In this document: one piece after another, positions 1 through 11,609 of the stretch
How the letters are laid out: every line of letters begins with the position of its first letter
How positions within the stretch are numbered: position 1 is the stretch's first letter
DNA from: Seison nebaliae
Taxonomy: Eukaryota
NCBI GenBank assembly: GCA_023231475.1
Contig: JALJEE010000149.1
Span: 112,609-132,608 of the forward strand
Reading direction: 5' to 3'
Length of the DNA stretch: 20,000 nucleotides
Made by a program: the position numbers and the translations under genes
The notes under the pieces: model-generated
Databases searched by the model: none
What the model saw: the letters and a program-made list of their open reading frames with translations, nothing else
What the model was told of the DNA's origin: nothing

Positions 1-1023
1 TTTCGATCATAAACGTAATTATTCGTCGTTTCATTTCGAAGAATTTGTTCCAATTCATAAAGTGATCGAAATGTTTTCGGTATAAGTGAGTGAAGTAGAG
101 TGAATGTCGGCATAATGGGATCATTATGAATTCCATAAAGGAAATGTGTTTGTGTACTAATCGGCTCGTACGTTGCCAATAAGTTCGCTATAATTTTATT
201 CAATTCATCCAAATAGAGTGAAACAATTCGATTTAATTCTCTGAGGAGATAATCGATATTTTTATGAGTAGAATCGATATCGCGTTTATTACAAATGAGG
301 AAGATTTCGGGTAATAAAGGAATTCCATTTTGATTCTCTTCGTCTAATAATAATCGAGAGTATCTACTAATAATCATCAGTAACGATTGATTAAAATGAT
401 AGTTGATAAAACAACCAACTGATCTGATTCAGTTCCATATTCGTCTGAATTAATATCGTTCATAATCACTGATGCTTCATCTCTTCTTTTCTCCGTAACG
501 GAAAGTTGTGATTGTAATTTAAATTTAAAGATGGATAATTTGAATAAAAAGAATTCTCGTAGCCATGTAAATAAATTGGTTGCTGATCTCCAATTACTCA
601 AATCGAATACTAAAATTATACCTGAATTGAATTTTGTCAAATCTATTTGATTCATGAAGAAAAAGGAACCGGAAACACCTGAATAATAACAGGAACGAGA
701 TAATTTGTATGTTTGTCCACCACCGACATCATGCAACTGAACGGAAATAAATGACGTTGTAGAACATTCATTCTTTAACACAATCTCCAATGAAACAAAT
801 TGAAATGAGATCTAGAAAATAAAGATATGGTCAAACTTTATGATTTATTTGACATCCGATTGTGGGACTGATATGTTTGGGGAGGAAACCATCACACAAC
901 AAATGAGAAATACATGTCTTACCCACTCCTAAGAAATGAAGGTTTTTTTTTATGGGAAGAAAAAAGTGAACCGGAGTCACCTAATAGGAGTATCTTAATC
1001 TCATTTACCGTATTCAAATTCAT
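1..1023 (-). CDS. RABL3: Rab-like protein 3 (small GTPase), 3' end runs off the window. Exons 1023-972, 928-837, 784-670, 621-420, 363-<1
   Basis: Spliced translation IKILLLGDSGVGKTCISHLLC...SPTIGC...QLHDVGG...SRSCYYSGVSGIILVFDLSN...NLFTW...LICNKRD matches the RABL3 pattern (VLGDSGVGKSSLVHLLC, WTVGC, WDVGG, GIIxVHDLTN). Four GT-AG introns of 43-56 nt keep frame. Confidence 0.85.
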
Positions 1024-2053
1024 CTAATCATAATCGTTATTGTTGTAAAATGTGAATGACAAGTTACTCTCTCATATAATAATACGTTTCATTCAAGATT
1101 TTTACTTCATTGACAATTTAGACAGTATCACAAAAATTCATTATTCTTTATTATGTCTTTTATTTCATACAGTGAATTAAAATGATGATATTCAATGTAA
1201 AAGCTTTTATAAATTTTTTTTTAAACAATTTCTCATAATCTTGTAAAATATTGTGGTGTAATATCATTTAATATTAATCTTTCCATTTATTATTGGAAAT
1301 ATTTTATATCAATTAATTAATTTTATGAAACTTCAATAATTTTGAATTTTGAACTAAATTCCTATCTCTGACCCAAACTTTCAATAAGATATTTATAATT
1401 GAACAATAATAGATTATTATTATAAGATAATCAATTTTATTTTAGTTTTGAATAAATCGATTAATAAAGTTTAAAATATTCTAGTTTACCTATAATAAAT
1501 AACAAATACTATTTAAATACAAATATCTAATTCTTATTCAATGTAATAACTGAGAGGGAGAATGAATTAATTGATTTTGAAAAGTTAATAATTAATCGTA
1601 ATAATATAATTATAAATTTGATTATCTTCTCGTCTTTCCGTATTAAATTGAGTTGTGAATTGAGAGTTTATTTGTTGTTTATCAATGATTACTACTCCAC
1701 AATGTTCGTATATATTTCTGATGTGAATGTTTATTTGAAATAAGTACTAAATAATGACTAGATGACTGGTTGTTATTAATGGTTTTGATTAAAAACATTT
1801 GTAACACCATCGACACTCCACGTAAAACGAACGAGGAAGGAGAGCACAACATTTTCAAATAACGAACAAATCAGCTAAACATTTGATGAGGGTAACATCT
1901 GATTGATATGATTTATTTCGAGTGAAGATTCGTGAGATTTCACATTTGAATTCGAAGTTTTTCTTTTTAGTCAATTATTTTTTTTAGTTTCTTTCATTTC
2001 CAATAGTCGTGTAGTGGAACGTGAAGAAACGTATCGAGTTGCATTATTTTCTT

Positions 2054-3879
2054 ATGATCGACAACTTAAGTGAACTGGGAAAAGAAACGGCGCAAATCAC
2101 AGGGAATGGACGAAGGACAAAATTGAAGAAATCTCAGGAAGACGTCAGTGAATTAGGAGAGTATACAAGTGGTATGGGAGATAATATTCGTATTAAGCGA
2201 TTGGGACTCGATTGGAAATGGGGAACATTAGGACAACATTATCTCAAATCGACATATCAAGCTAAACGACTAAATCGATTGACGAAGAAAATGATATTGT
2301 CATTAGTTCTCATACTTTTCATTTTGTTTCTGTTGATTAAACATAATAAAATTCCGGATAATGTTCGAATACCTGGAGAGAAATATGCGGTCATAATCGA
2401 TGCCGGATCGACCGGTTCTCGATTGCACGCTTTCCATTTTATCCAAGATCCCAAACAATGTTAGTTAATTAATTTTCATTATCAATTATTGATAATTGAT
2501 TTCAGTTCCATCATTTGTGTTAGTGAACGATTTCTTCAAACCAAGTAAACCAGGATTATCTGCCTTCGCACACAACATTCCAGGAGTTTAAATATTTTTA
2601 ATTTTAATTATCTTTTTATATTATTGGAAGGCAGTTGAAAGTATCGAGAAATTGATGATGAAGGCGAATAATCATCTTCCAAGACATTCCTTTCCAAATC
2701 CTGATTGTTCTCAAATCTCCGAACCATTTTCATGTCAGAAAAATGTTCCTTTGACATTAAAAGCTACTGCTGGTCTCCGTTTACTTCCTGCACATGCTGC
2801 TGATGATATTCTAGATGCAGTTTTCATTTCTATTTTTTTTATCATATTTTTCAATTTGTCAAAGTTGAAACATCGATTTGCTCAAACGACTTATTTCCTC
2901 GATAATGTCAATGAGAGTGCGGAGATATTGAATTCGAAAGATGAAGGTATATTCGCATGGATCACTATTAATTATCTTCTCCACAAACTCCACAATTCGA
3001 AAGAGACAGTGGCAATTTTGGATTTGGGAGGAGGGAGTGGACAAATCACTTTCGCTCATCCACATCGTATCTCCGATAATGCACAACGAATGGTACAATA
3101 TTCGTTCTTTGGGAAGAATTTCCAATTATTCTCTCACAGTTATTTGGGATTAGGTTTAATGATTAGTCGTTTCCATATTCTGGTAAATGGAGAATCAGAG
3201 AAAACGAGTCATCATCAATGTCTCATTGGGAATGGTCATTTCTTTTATCAAACATCTAAAATATTCGGAGAGTTCATTTCTTTTCAAATTCATTTTATTA
3301 TGAATTTTCAGATATCGAGTTATTGATGATCGTGTCATGAAATGTGACAAAGAAATCGTTCAATATATTATGGAAATGAAACGCAGTTTGCAAACGGAAT
3401 ATCTTCCTGAGAATATTAGATTCAATGAAGAAACTGTCTATGAACAACAAAAGACAATTCTTCATTCATTCTCTTATACTTATGACGTGGCTGTCGATGC
3501 CGGATTAGTACCAGGTTATTTTGAAAATTTAAATATAAATAATTTCATTCTTTCAATTTGAAGAAAGAAGTTCCGGTAAATTAGTTCGACCAATCGAATT
3601 TTATAAGAAAGCGAAAGAATTGTGCAATTCCGTCAATCAAGATCATCCATTTCTTTGCTTCGATTTATTGTATGTTTATAATCTTTTTACGAAAGTAGCA
3701 GGAATTGATGATCGATCACCAATTTATGTTATCTTCTTCATTCAATTTTCTTCTTCATATTTTTATTTATTTTCCAGATTTGTAAACAAATCGACAACAC
3801 AGAAATCAGTTGGGCATTAGGTGCCGCTTTCAATTTACTTTCAAAACAACAACATTTCTCAGAAGACGATGATGTTTGA
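2054..3879 (+). CDS. GDA1/CD39-family nucleoside diphosphatase (ENTPD5/6-like) with N-terminal membrane anchor. Exons 2054-2459, 2506-2585, 2631-2819, 2865-3271, 3312-3514, 3564-3727, 3778-3879
   Basis: Apyrase conserved regions after splicing: IIDAGSTGSR, KPGLSAF, LKATAGLRLL, DEGIFAWITINYL, LDLGGGSGQI, HSYLGLGL, ISWALGAAF. Six 40-50 nt GT-AG introns. Start codon uncertain. Confidence 0.92.
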
Positions 3880-4091
3880 AAAAAATAATTTTTATAAATT
3901 TCATTCAATTCTTTCTTTTGATGATAATTCGTTTTTCTTTAAGCAAATTACACCGTCCTTATTTATCTTCCATCATTTCATTCATAATAGAATATCTTCT
4001 TCGTTTCATTCATTTCATTAATATTAATTTTCTTTTTCGAATAAATTATTGTAAACCTTTAAATTACTATAAAACCATATTGAAAATGTAA

Positions 4092-5712
4092 TTAATTTAT
4101 TCGATCACCTCTCTCATTGAAAAGTTGATAATATTCTCTTAATTGATCGATTGGAATAATTGATTCCATTCTCAAATTATTCACAACGAAATTCTTCTTC
4201 ATTGGCAACAACCAATTATATGTTTCTTCATATTTATCTGAAATATAAGACATAGGATTACATGGAACAGTAAATCGATATCCGTCCAGAATTGCTGTAC
4301 ATAAATTAGAAGGAAATTTGTGAAAAATTTCTCTGTTATTTGAACAAATGAAAATCTCTCACAGAAATATTTAAAAGAAACTTATAAATCGTATCATCCG
4401 TCTGATAAGGAGATTTTAAAGTGAAACGATCGTTCGATTGGAAAAATGTTAAATCGAAATAATGCTCGTTCAATCTGGAAACTAAACGATATTCAAACAT
4501 TCCGTTTTTCTTCATAAAATTTTTGAAAATTTCAATTGAAGAAATAAAAATTGAAACTTTTCCCAAAATGATATTGATGAATAATTTAGCTTTATTTTTC
4601 CGAAACATTCGAAATTTCCTTTCTAAAACATCTCGAATTAATGGATATTGTTCGGCGAATAATCCATAATCCCAATCTAATGTATATTTGATCATATCTC
4701 CTTCACGATACCATCCTGAAGAATTTAAAAAAGAAAATTTTAGAATTAGAAAGAATAAACCTAAAATTGTACCACCATCCAACCAAATATGGACACCAAA
4801 TCGATTGAGTAAACGTTTCAAATAATATGCGACTAAAAGTGTCGTCCGTCTCTCCAAATGACGTTTCATGGAAATGGAAATATTTAAATAATTTGTCAAT
4901 ATTTTGAAATTGTTACAATACGGTACAATTAGTTGTGATTCACTCAAATCGAATTTATACAATTTTGGAGATATGGGAATGTTAAACTGATTTCCTTCAT
5001 ATTCGAAAACTTCAAATTCGAAGTTGCTAATCGCTGTCGAATAAGAACCGAATGTTAGTTGAATTTTGAACGAAAGTTCATTCAATTCTTTCAAGAATTT
5101 CTTAGAAAATGGTGCAATTCGATAATAAGTTCTCTCGTTAATCAATGTCACTAAATGAATGAAAAATTGGTTTGTTTCATCGATAAATAGAATATGATCG
5201 AAATAAGAAGAATTTCCAATTATTTCTCGATCGTAATAAACATTTCCATTACATTCAATATCCACATGAACTGATGAAGTAATAAATTTTAAATATCGGA
5301 AATTTCCCAATAATTTTCTGACGTATACTGATGTATTTACATCGATACCGAAAATGTACGAGTTCCGAAATGATTTTAAAATGTCTCCCACATTCAAATT
5401 ATTTGGAAGATAAGAATCTTCTAGTTCGATATCTTTCATCAATTCCTCATAATGTTCAGTAAATTGATTTTTATCTTCAAAATTTTCATTCACATAATGA
5501 CGTCTCTGAAAAACCTTCCGTTTTCTTTTCTTACTAATATCAATTTTCTCCAACATATCAATATGAATCATGAAAAATTTAGAAATTCCACATCGTTTCC
5601 CAATCTCCAAAAATTTCTCTAAAATCATCAAATTTCTCCGGTGATTTATCGATTGATTGATGAGTAAAAAACAAATTACAAATATAATTAAACAGATGAA
5701 ATATTTTTTCAT
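4092..5712 (-). CDS. FKTN: Fukutin-like ribitol-phosphate transferase (LicD family). Exons 5712-4761, 4715-4558, 4509-4382, 4332-4092
   Basis: N-terminal signal anchor (MKKYFICLIIFVICFLLI), WLDGGTILGWYRE, DxD motif in YTLDWDYG, DLTFF, and C-terminal LCTAILDGYRFTVPCNPMSYI resembling fukutin LCWTEF..VHVPCET..YI. An upstream in-frame ATG exists at 5820. Confidence 0.85.
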
Positions 5713-6136
5713 TTCCAAATTTTGAGAATATCTTATCAGAATAACGAGATATGAAATTGAATTGGAAAATTCTAAATTTTCTTTTATTCTGATATTTATT
5801 CTGTTGAATTTGGTTGTCATGACAATTTTTTTTTAAACTTCATTTCTTTCTCTGGCGAAAGAAACGAAACATGCTATCAAATGTCCATGAGTTATTACTA
5901 AAATTAATGTTACGAAAATTTGTTTCAACCTTTTCAATCTTTCAATTTCTTGATTAGATGATTGGTAACAGTAAATATGAAAAGAAAATTTTTTAAAGAA
6001 ATTTTATTTTGTAATTCATTAATTATGTCAACGAAAAAATTATAAAACAAGAAGAAGTAGAAAAGATATGAAATGTTTATTGATTGAAATGATGTTGGAG
6101 TTCTTGGAAAGAAGGCACTTATTAACAATAGTATAA

Positions 6137-8053
6137 CTATTCACTGGGAAGTAATTGATTCTCCTTCTCATTTGATGAAATAATATCATTTACTGAATTA
6201 CACAATTTCTTTTGTGATGTGGCTTTATCGAAAAAATCTATAATTAATTTTCTTTTAACTCGAATTGGAGAGATGGAGAGACGTCGTTGGAAACGATTAA
6301 TTCGTTTCTCAATTTGATCTTTCTCTTCTCTCTCGTATATTTTGAAAAATAATTTATCATTGAATTGGATTCGAGCATTACGTGGCTCTTGTTCTTCTTC
6401 TGTTCGAATTGGAAATTTCGTAGAATTCTTCTTTAAAATTGAACCAGTTCGACTTGGCGTATGATTGAGTGAAGACGTCATCACTTCGACTGGTGTAAAT
6501 CCATTCAATCCCGGATTGATTTTCAATGGAGTTGTTCTCAAATTAGTTTTCGTTTGAAGAATTTTCGTTTCGGTAAATGCATAAATTTTCCGTCGTTCTT
6601 TTTTGGTGGGTGTGGAAAATTGATCATTCTCTCCAGTTCTTTCTGGTGATATTTTTATCTCTATTTTATCTTTCGTCAATTTCTCATTTTGAAAATTTAT
6701 TTTTTTCGGTTCAACATTTTCATCTGAAATAATTTCATTCGACAATTTTCTTATTGTTATCGATTGTGATTGAATTGATTGATTTGATTGATAATCAGGA
6801 ATTGTATCATCATATTCTGATTTCATTTCCTTATACATCAAATTTAATGATTCGTCAATTGTCGTTACAATTTCACATTTATCATCATCCGTCTCTTCTG
6901 CAGGTTTTAGAGATTGTAAATGATTTTTATTCAATTCTAAAAAAAGTAGAAATCGTTCACTGAATTTAGAAGAGATTCTCTTGTCGTTCAATATTGGGAG
7001 GAATTTTTCGATGAATAAAACGATTTTGTCATTTTGATGGAAATTGATGAAAATGTCAATTAGATTAAATGGATGAAATATTTGAGGAATGATTTGCGTG
7101 TAGATCTTATCAGAAAGATCATCATTCAAATTTTTCAAAAATTCCACATTGAAACAATTTATCATTAAATCTTCCAAAATTCCCATGGATCCAACCGGTT
7201 TCCTATTCAAATATTTATTCCAAATAACATGTAACAAAGGAAGAAGATCGACAAGAATCACATGAATAATTTCATAAATTGAATAAATAATTTCTTTATT
7301 CTCATTATTCTCTTTCATTCCATCCAACAATGATTTATACAATTTCATCAAACCAACATCTAAATATTGTTTCAATTTTGCCGAAATCTTTTTCCTCAAT
7401 TGAATTCGACACAATTTCACATACAAATTTACGATATCCATTAAAATATTCTCCGTCTGAGTTTTTAAGTGATGGTTGATGTCAAATTCGAAAATAAGAC
7501 GTCTCAAAAAATGAATTACAATTCCAATTTCACAATATTCACATTTAGATAAATTTAATTGTCGATTTAAATATTTCACTATTTCCATCACCATTCGCTG
7601 TGCGACTAATCTCTTCGGATTCGTCTTCGGGAAATAATCAGATATTTCGTCTTCATAAATCGATAAACTTTTCATAATATCGTCGAGATTCGTTAAATAT
7701 GCCGGATTTTTTGACGAGCCGACTGATGATCTTATGATAAGATTTAATGAAATCTTAATAGAAATTAATAATCGATCGAAATGAATTTCATTCATTGGAT
7801 AAATCTTCTCATTTCTCACATGTCTCAATTCGATCAATTCCCATTGGAGACTGAAACGGAAATATGATTTCAATTGAACATTAGTCAATGATTCACCATC
7901 ATTCATTTGTAATATCTTCTCATATTCCAACATCTGATCCTGACACATCAATTCCTCCACATGTTGTGTTGAATTGGGACAATTCTTTCGATTGGATTCG
8001 TTTAATAATTTGAAATAATCTTTCACTTCTGATAATATGTCCTGCTCAATCAT
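6137..8053 (-). CDS. Intronless 638-aa protein, putative highly reduced RIF1 (helical N-terminal region plus C-terminal SILK/RVxF PP1-docking motifs)
   Basis: Long ORF with first ATG at 8053. Leu/Ile-rich helical-looking N-terminal ~400 aa, then a disordered linker with S/T-P sites and GSILKK...RIQFND near the C-terminus. Confidence 0.6.
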   Translation of the reverse strand: MIEQDILSEVKDYFKLLNESNRKNCPNSTQHVEELMCQDQMLEYEKILQMNDGESLTNVQLKSYFRFSLQWELIELRHVRNEKIYPMNEIHFDRLLISIKISLNLIIRSSVGSSKNPAYLTNLDDIMKSLSIYEDEISDYFPKTNPKRLVAQRMVMEIVKYLNRQLNLSKCEYCEIGIVIHFLRRLIFEFDINHHLKTQTENILMDIVNLYVKLCRIQLRKKISAKLKQYLDVGLMKLYKSLLDGMKENNENKEIIYSIYEIIHVILVDLLPLLHVIWNKYLNRKPVGSMGILEDLMINCFNVEFLKNLNDDLSDKIYTQIIPQIFHPFNLIDIFINFHQNDKIVLFIEKFLPILNDKRISSKFSERFLLFLELNKNHLQSLKPAEETDDDKCEIVTTIDESLNLMYKEMKSEYDDTIPDYQSNQSIQSQSITIRKLSNEIISDENVEPKKINFQNEKLTKDKIEIKISPERTGENDQFSTPTKKERRKIYAFTETKILQTKTNLRTTPLKINPGLNGFTPVEVMTSSLNHTPSRTGSILKKNSTKFPIRTEEEQEPRNARIQFNDKLFFKIYEREEKDQIEKRINRFQRRLSISPIRVKRKLIIDFFDKATSQKKLCNSVNDIISSNEKENQLLPSE

Positions 8054-8539
8054 AACGGTTAGGATTGGAGTAAATTTGGTGGACTGTAGAAAATTACACG
8101 ACAATTCTTTTCGATTGTTAAGCTAAAATTTGAAAAGTTTGATCATTTAACAATTCACTCAAAATACGAAAAGAAATTTGATTTATTTTTTCAATTTTTT
8201 GATTTCTCTAATGGACGAAATTTCTTTTTCATTTTTTTTCTAAAAATTCCGTTAATAAATCAATAATCATTTTCCTAAAATAATAAACAAAAATTTTTTT
8301 ATTTGTAAATTTAAATTTATCATGAATCGAAAAATTTTCGATTAATAAAATAATAGAAAAAAAAGATTATCAACAATCGACTTGAAGTTGAGATTTGGAT
8401 GAGAGAAAAAATATTTAAAAGAAAAAAGAAATGAATAGAAGAGAATTTAAAATATTAAAATATAAAAATTTTGGCTTAAACAAAATATCGTGTTTGAATA
8501 ATAAGAAAAGAAAACAATTATTCCAGAAACGATAAGTCA
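8054..8539. promoter_or_regulatory. Probable bidirectional promoter region between divergent genes
   Basis: 486-nt very AT-rich gap between head-to-head start codons. Inferred from layout only; no motif identified. Confidence 0.4.
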
Positions 8540-11351
8540 ATGACAAGTTGGGCTTCTTTCCAGTATGATGACGAAGAGGAGGATGATGATAACGATATGA
8601 CGGTTAGATGTGATGAATATGATGGTGAGGATGAAGAGAAGAAAGATGAAGGAGATAATAATTATTGGAAACGACCTAGATCTGATCTCATTGTTGTTGT
8701 GGAGAGTAATAAACAAGTGATGGATAATGTGGATTTATTGGAGAAGATGTTTAAAGCAGAAGATTATGATGGACGATTTCATGACGATGATTCATCATCA
8801 ATAGAATTAGAAGATGTTTGGTCATTGAAGAAAGCAAATGAGACAGATATACGTGATGATTTCTTAATGAATAAATCATCAGAATCGATCGAGGAAGAAA
8901 ATGAATATGATAAATTTATAAAGAAATTTGAAAATTCGAAATTTCGAATAGTAATCAAACCATTCGAATTAACCGATGAATATCAGAGAATGTTTCCATC
9001 TGATGATTTGGAAAAGAAAGAAAAAAAATTATCTGGTTTCCTTCATTCATATGAATTGATGAAATATGATAAAGAAATAGAATGTGATGATATAATTATA
9101 ACGAATTCATTAATTGGAAAAATGAAAAATATCGAATCAATTTCTCGTCCTCAACTCACTACAACGACAACAACAACAACAACAATATCATTAAAATCAG
9201 ATAAAATTCAATTGATTTTAAATAAAAATAAATTTAAATTGAAAATATATTTCCCATCAATTAATGATGTGAAGATGCATCATAATAGAAATTTTTCAAA
9301 TAGATCTATAAAATATTTATTATATCCAACAAAAGATATCTCCTCTTTATTGTGTCATTGTTCATCATATCATCATGTTGCTGATTGTTTTCGAAAATAT
9401 GTATTTGCTAATCTCGTCAATGTGATCAGTTGGAAACAAAAAATTTCTTCATTACAAATTTCAGAGAAAGATGAATATGTGGAAACAGTTAATGAAGAAC
9501 TTACTAGTTTCCTTGGTACAATTTTGAATGGAAGTGAACAAATAGGAAATCATAAAGCTTATGACAATCACTCGTTAGTTTTACAACATCCAATTCGGAA
9601 GAAGATAATCGCTCCATTATATGAAGGAACGGAGAAAGTGGAAATTGCGATTGGACAGAAAGTGAAAAATGTTTTAAGATATCAAATAACTTTAAATTTC
9701 AACGATTATTCTTCAATTATTAATTGTTTTTTTATTTTGAATGAGAATTATCTCATTATTCTCACGACGAGATCAATTCGAATTTATAATATTCTCCAAC
9801 TTATTTCTTCCCATTCATCCACTCATATGGGAAGATTTGAAGATGCTGAAGAAAATTATTTAGATAAACATCCCGACAAAATAGTGAGAGGTCCAGGAAG
9901 AAAAAGGAAATTGAAGAAATTGAGTGAAACAAATCGGAAATTTCTCCTCAATATTTTCTCGTCAGAGAAATCACGAATAACCGAACAAAAATTCAAACGA
10001 TTATTATCATCTTTAAATAAGAATGAATTTTTAGATTTTAAATTACCTCAAGAACATGATAATATCATCAACGGTTTATGTAAGGAGACTGATGATGGGA
10101 AAATTTTCTTTTATCTCCAAACAGCCAACAGAGCAGTCTTTATTTATTATCTCAATATGAATTTTTGCGTTGGTTTCAGAAAGTTGAAAAGTGATCTGGT
10201 TGCCATGGCAGCGTCATCCCGAACACTTTCGATGGTGGTGAAAAATACGTTATATTTCTATAATTTATTTCCAATACAACCGATTGAAGAAAACAAGGAG
10301 AAAATAAAGAATACACTTGAAAATGCGAAAAGTTTCTGTCTCGAATATTTTTGTTCGAGAAAAGATTTGGAAATTTATGAATATGATCGACGAGGTGGAC
10401 GAATTGAAATCGATCCATTTGGTCGACCGAGACATCGGGATTATGATATTTTCACTGATACTCCACAATTCCGTTCATTAATATTTCATGTGAAATCGAA
10501 ATATCATTTCATCGATATCATTTATCATCCGTCACAATCGATATTTATTATTATTTTTCAATTTGATCAGAAACATTTAAAATTCGATTTCTTCGATATG
10601 GGAATTTTTTCAAACAATTCTCCAGTTTAATTTTTTCAAATAATTTTTTTTTCTAATTATTCATTATTCTTTTCAGATGATTCCATTCGACAATGTTCAA
10701 ATCGAAACGAAAACCGTTATCAGTCACAAGTCGGGTGTGAATGTGGCATTTTGTCAAGAAGGAATTTTGATGGTTGTTCAGGAGAATAATAATGTTTTAC
10801 ATTTCCTCGATTTGCCTCAAATGAAGAAAATTGAAACAATCGAATTAAATGGTAAGAATGAATCGCTTCATTTACAATTCTCACTCGATAATCGTTATCT
10901 CTTCATTTATGAAGATAATCGAATTTTTCGATTATTGATAAAGAATATACTCACCGATCCAACATATCGAGCATCAACATTATATTTGAATGAGAAAGTG
11001 TTGAAAGATTTTTTCTGGGCTAAAATGAAAGGGAAACATGCGAAGGAATTAAGAAAGAAACTCCACAAGGAATTGTTACAAGCTAATGCTGAAGAAGTTG
11101 ATCGATTGTCTATGTGGCAAAATGATGAACATCTTCGATATGTAGAAGATGATGCGAATGAATCAGATTTATGTGTCAAATTACATTCTATAAATGAAGA
11201 TAACGAGGAAATTGTTGATAATCGAATAAAGAACTTCCAATTGATATTCGATGAGGAAATGTCTGGGAATTTCAGATTATATCGATACAATTCACGATTT
11301 GCATTCCATTTAAGTCTTCGAGATACTTCCAATGTTACACTTACGTTTTGA
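8540..11351 (+). CDS. Uncharacterised ~919-aa protein with acidic N-terminus and possible divergent WD40/beta-propeller. Exons 8540-10624, 10677-11351
   Basis: Two long ORFs joined in phase 0 by a 52-nt GTTTAA...TTTCAG intron (10625-10676). WD-like fragments (VNVISW, IIYHPSQSIF, LQFSLDNRYLF). The gene is well supported; the product is not. Confidence 0.6.
9158..9184 (+). repeat. (ACA)n microsatellite encoding poly-Thr
   Basis: actacaacgacaacaacaacaacaaca within the 8540 ORF. Confidence 0.8.
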
Positions 11352-11609
11352 AAATGTTTTGAAAATGTTTTCAAAATATTGTTTTGAAAATACCATCAAT
11401 ATAGAATTATGAAAATACTCTGTTTTATATTTCCTATGACAATGTAAACTTTAAATCCTTCATCTATTATCAGAATAGAATGAAATTATCTTTAAATAAA
11501 ATTTTATAATAATTTTTTATTAACTAAAATTTCCAATAATAATCAAATTAAAACTATGAAATTCTCAATAAACAATATTAATTTAATTCTTATATCCAAT
11601 ATAATAAAA

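Noticed and set aside
11345..11392. Short TTTTGAAAATG tandem/palindromic repeat; also the AAATAGAAAG repeat near 14160-14190
   Set aside because: Only 3-4 short AT-rich units without unique spacers; ordinary slippage repeats, not a CRISPR-like array.
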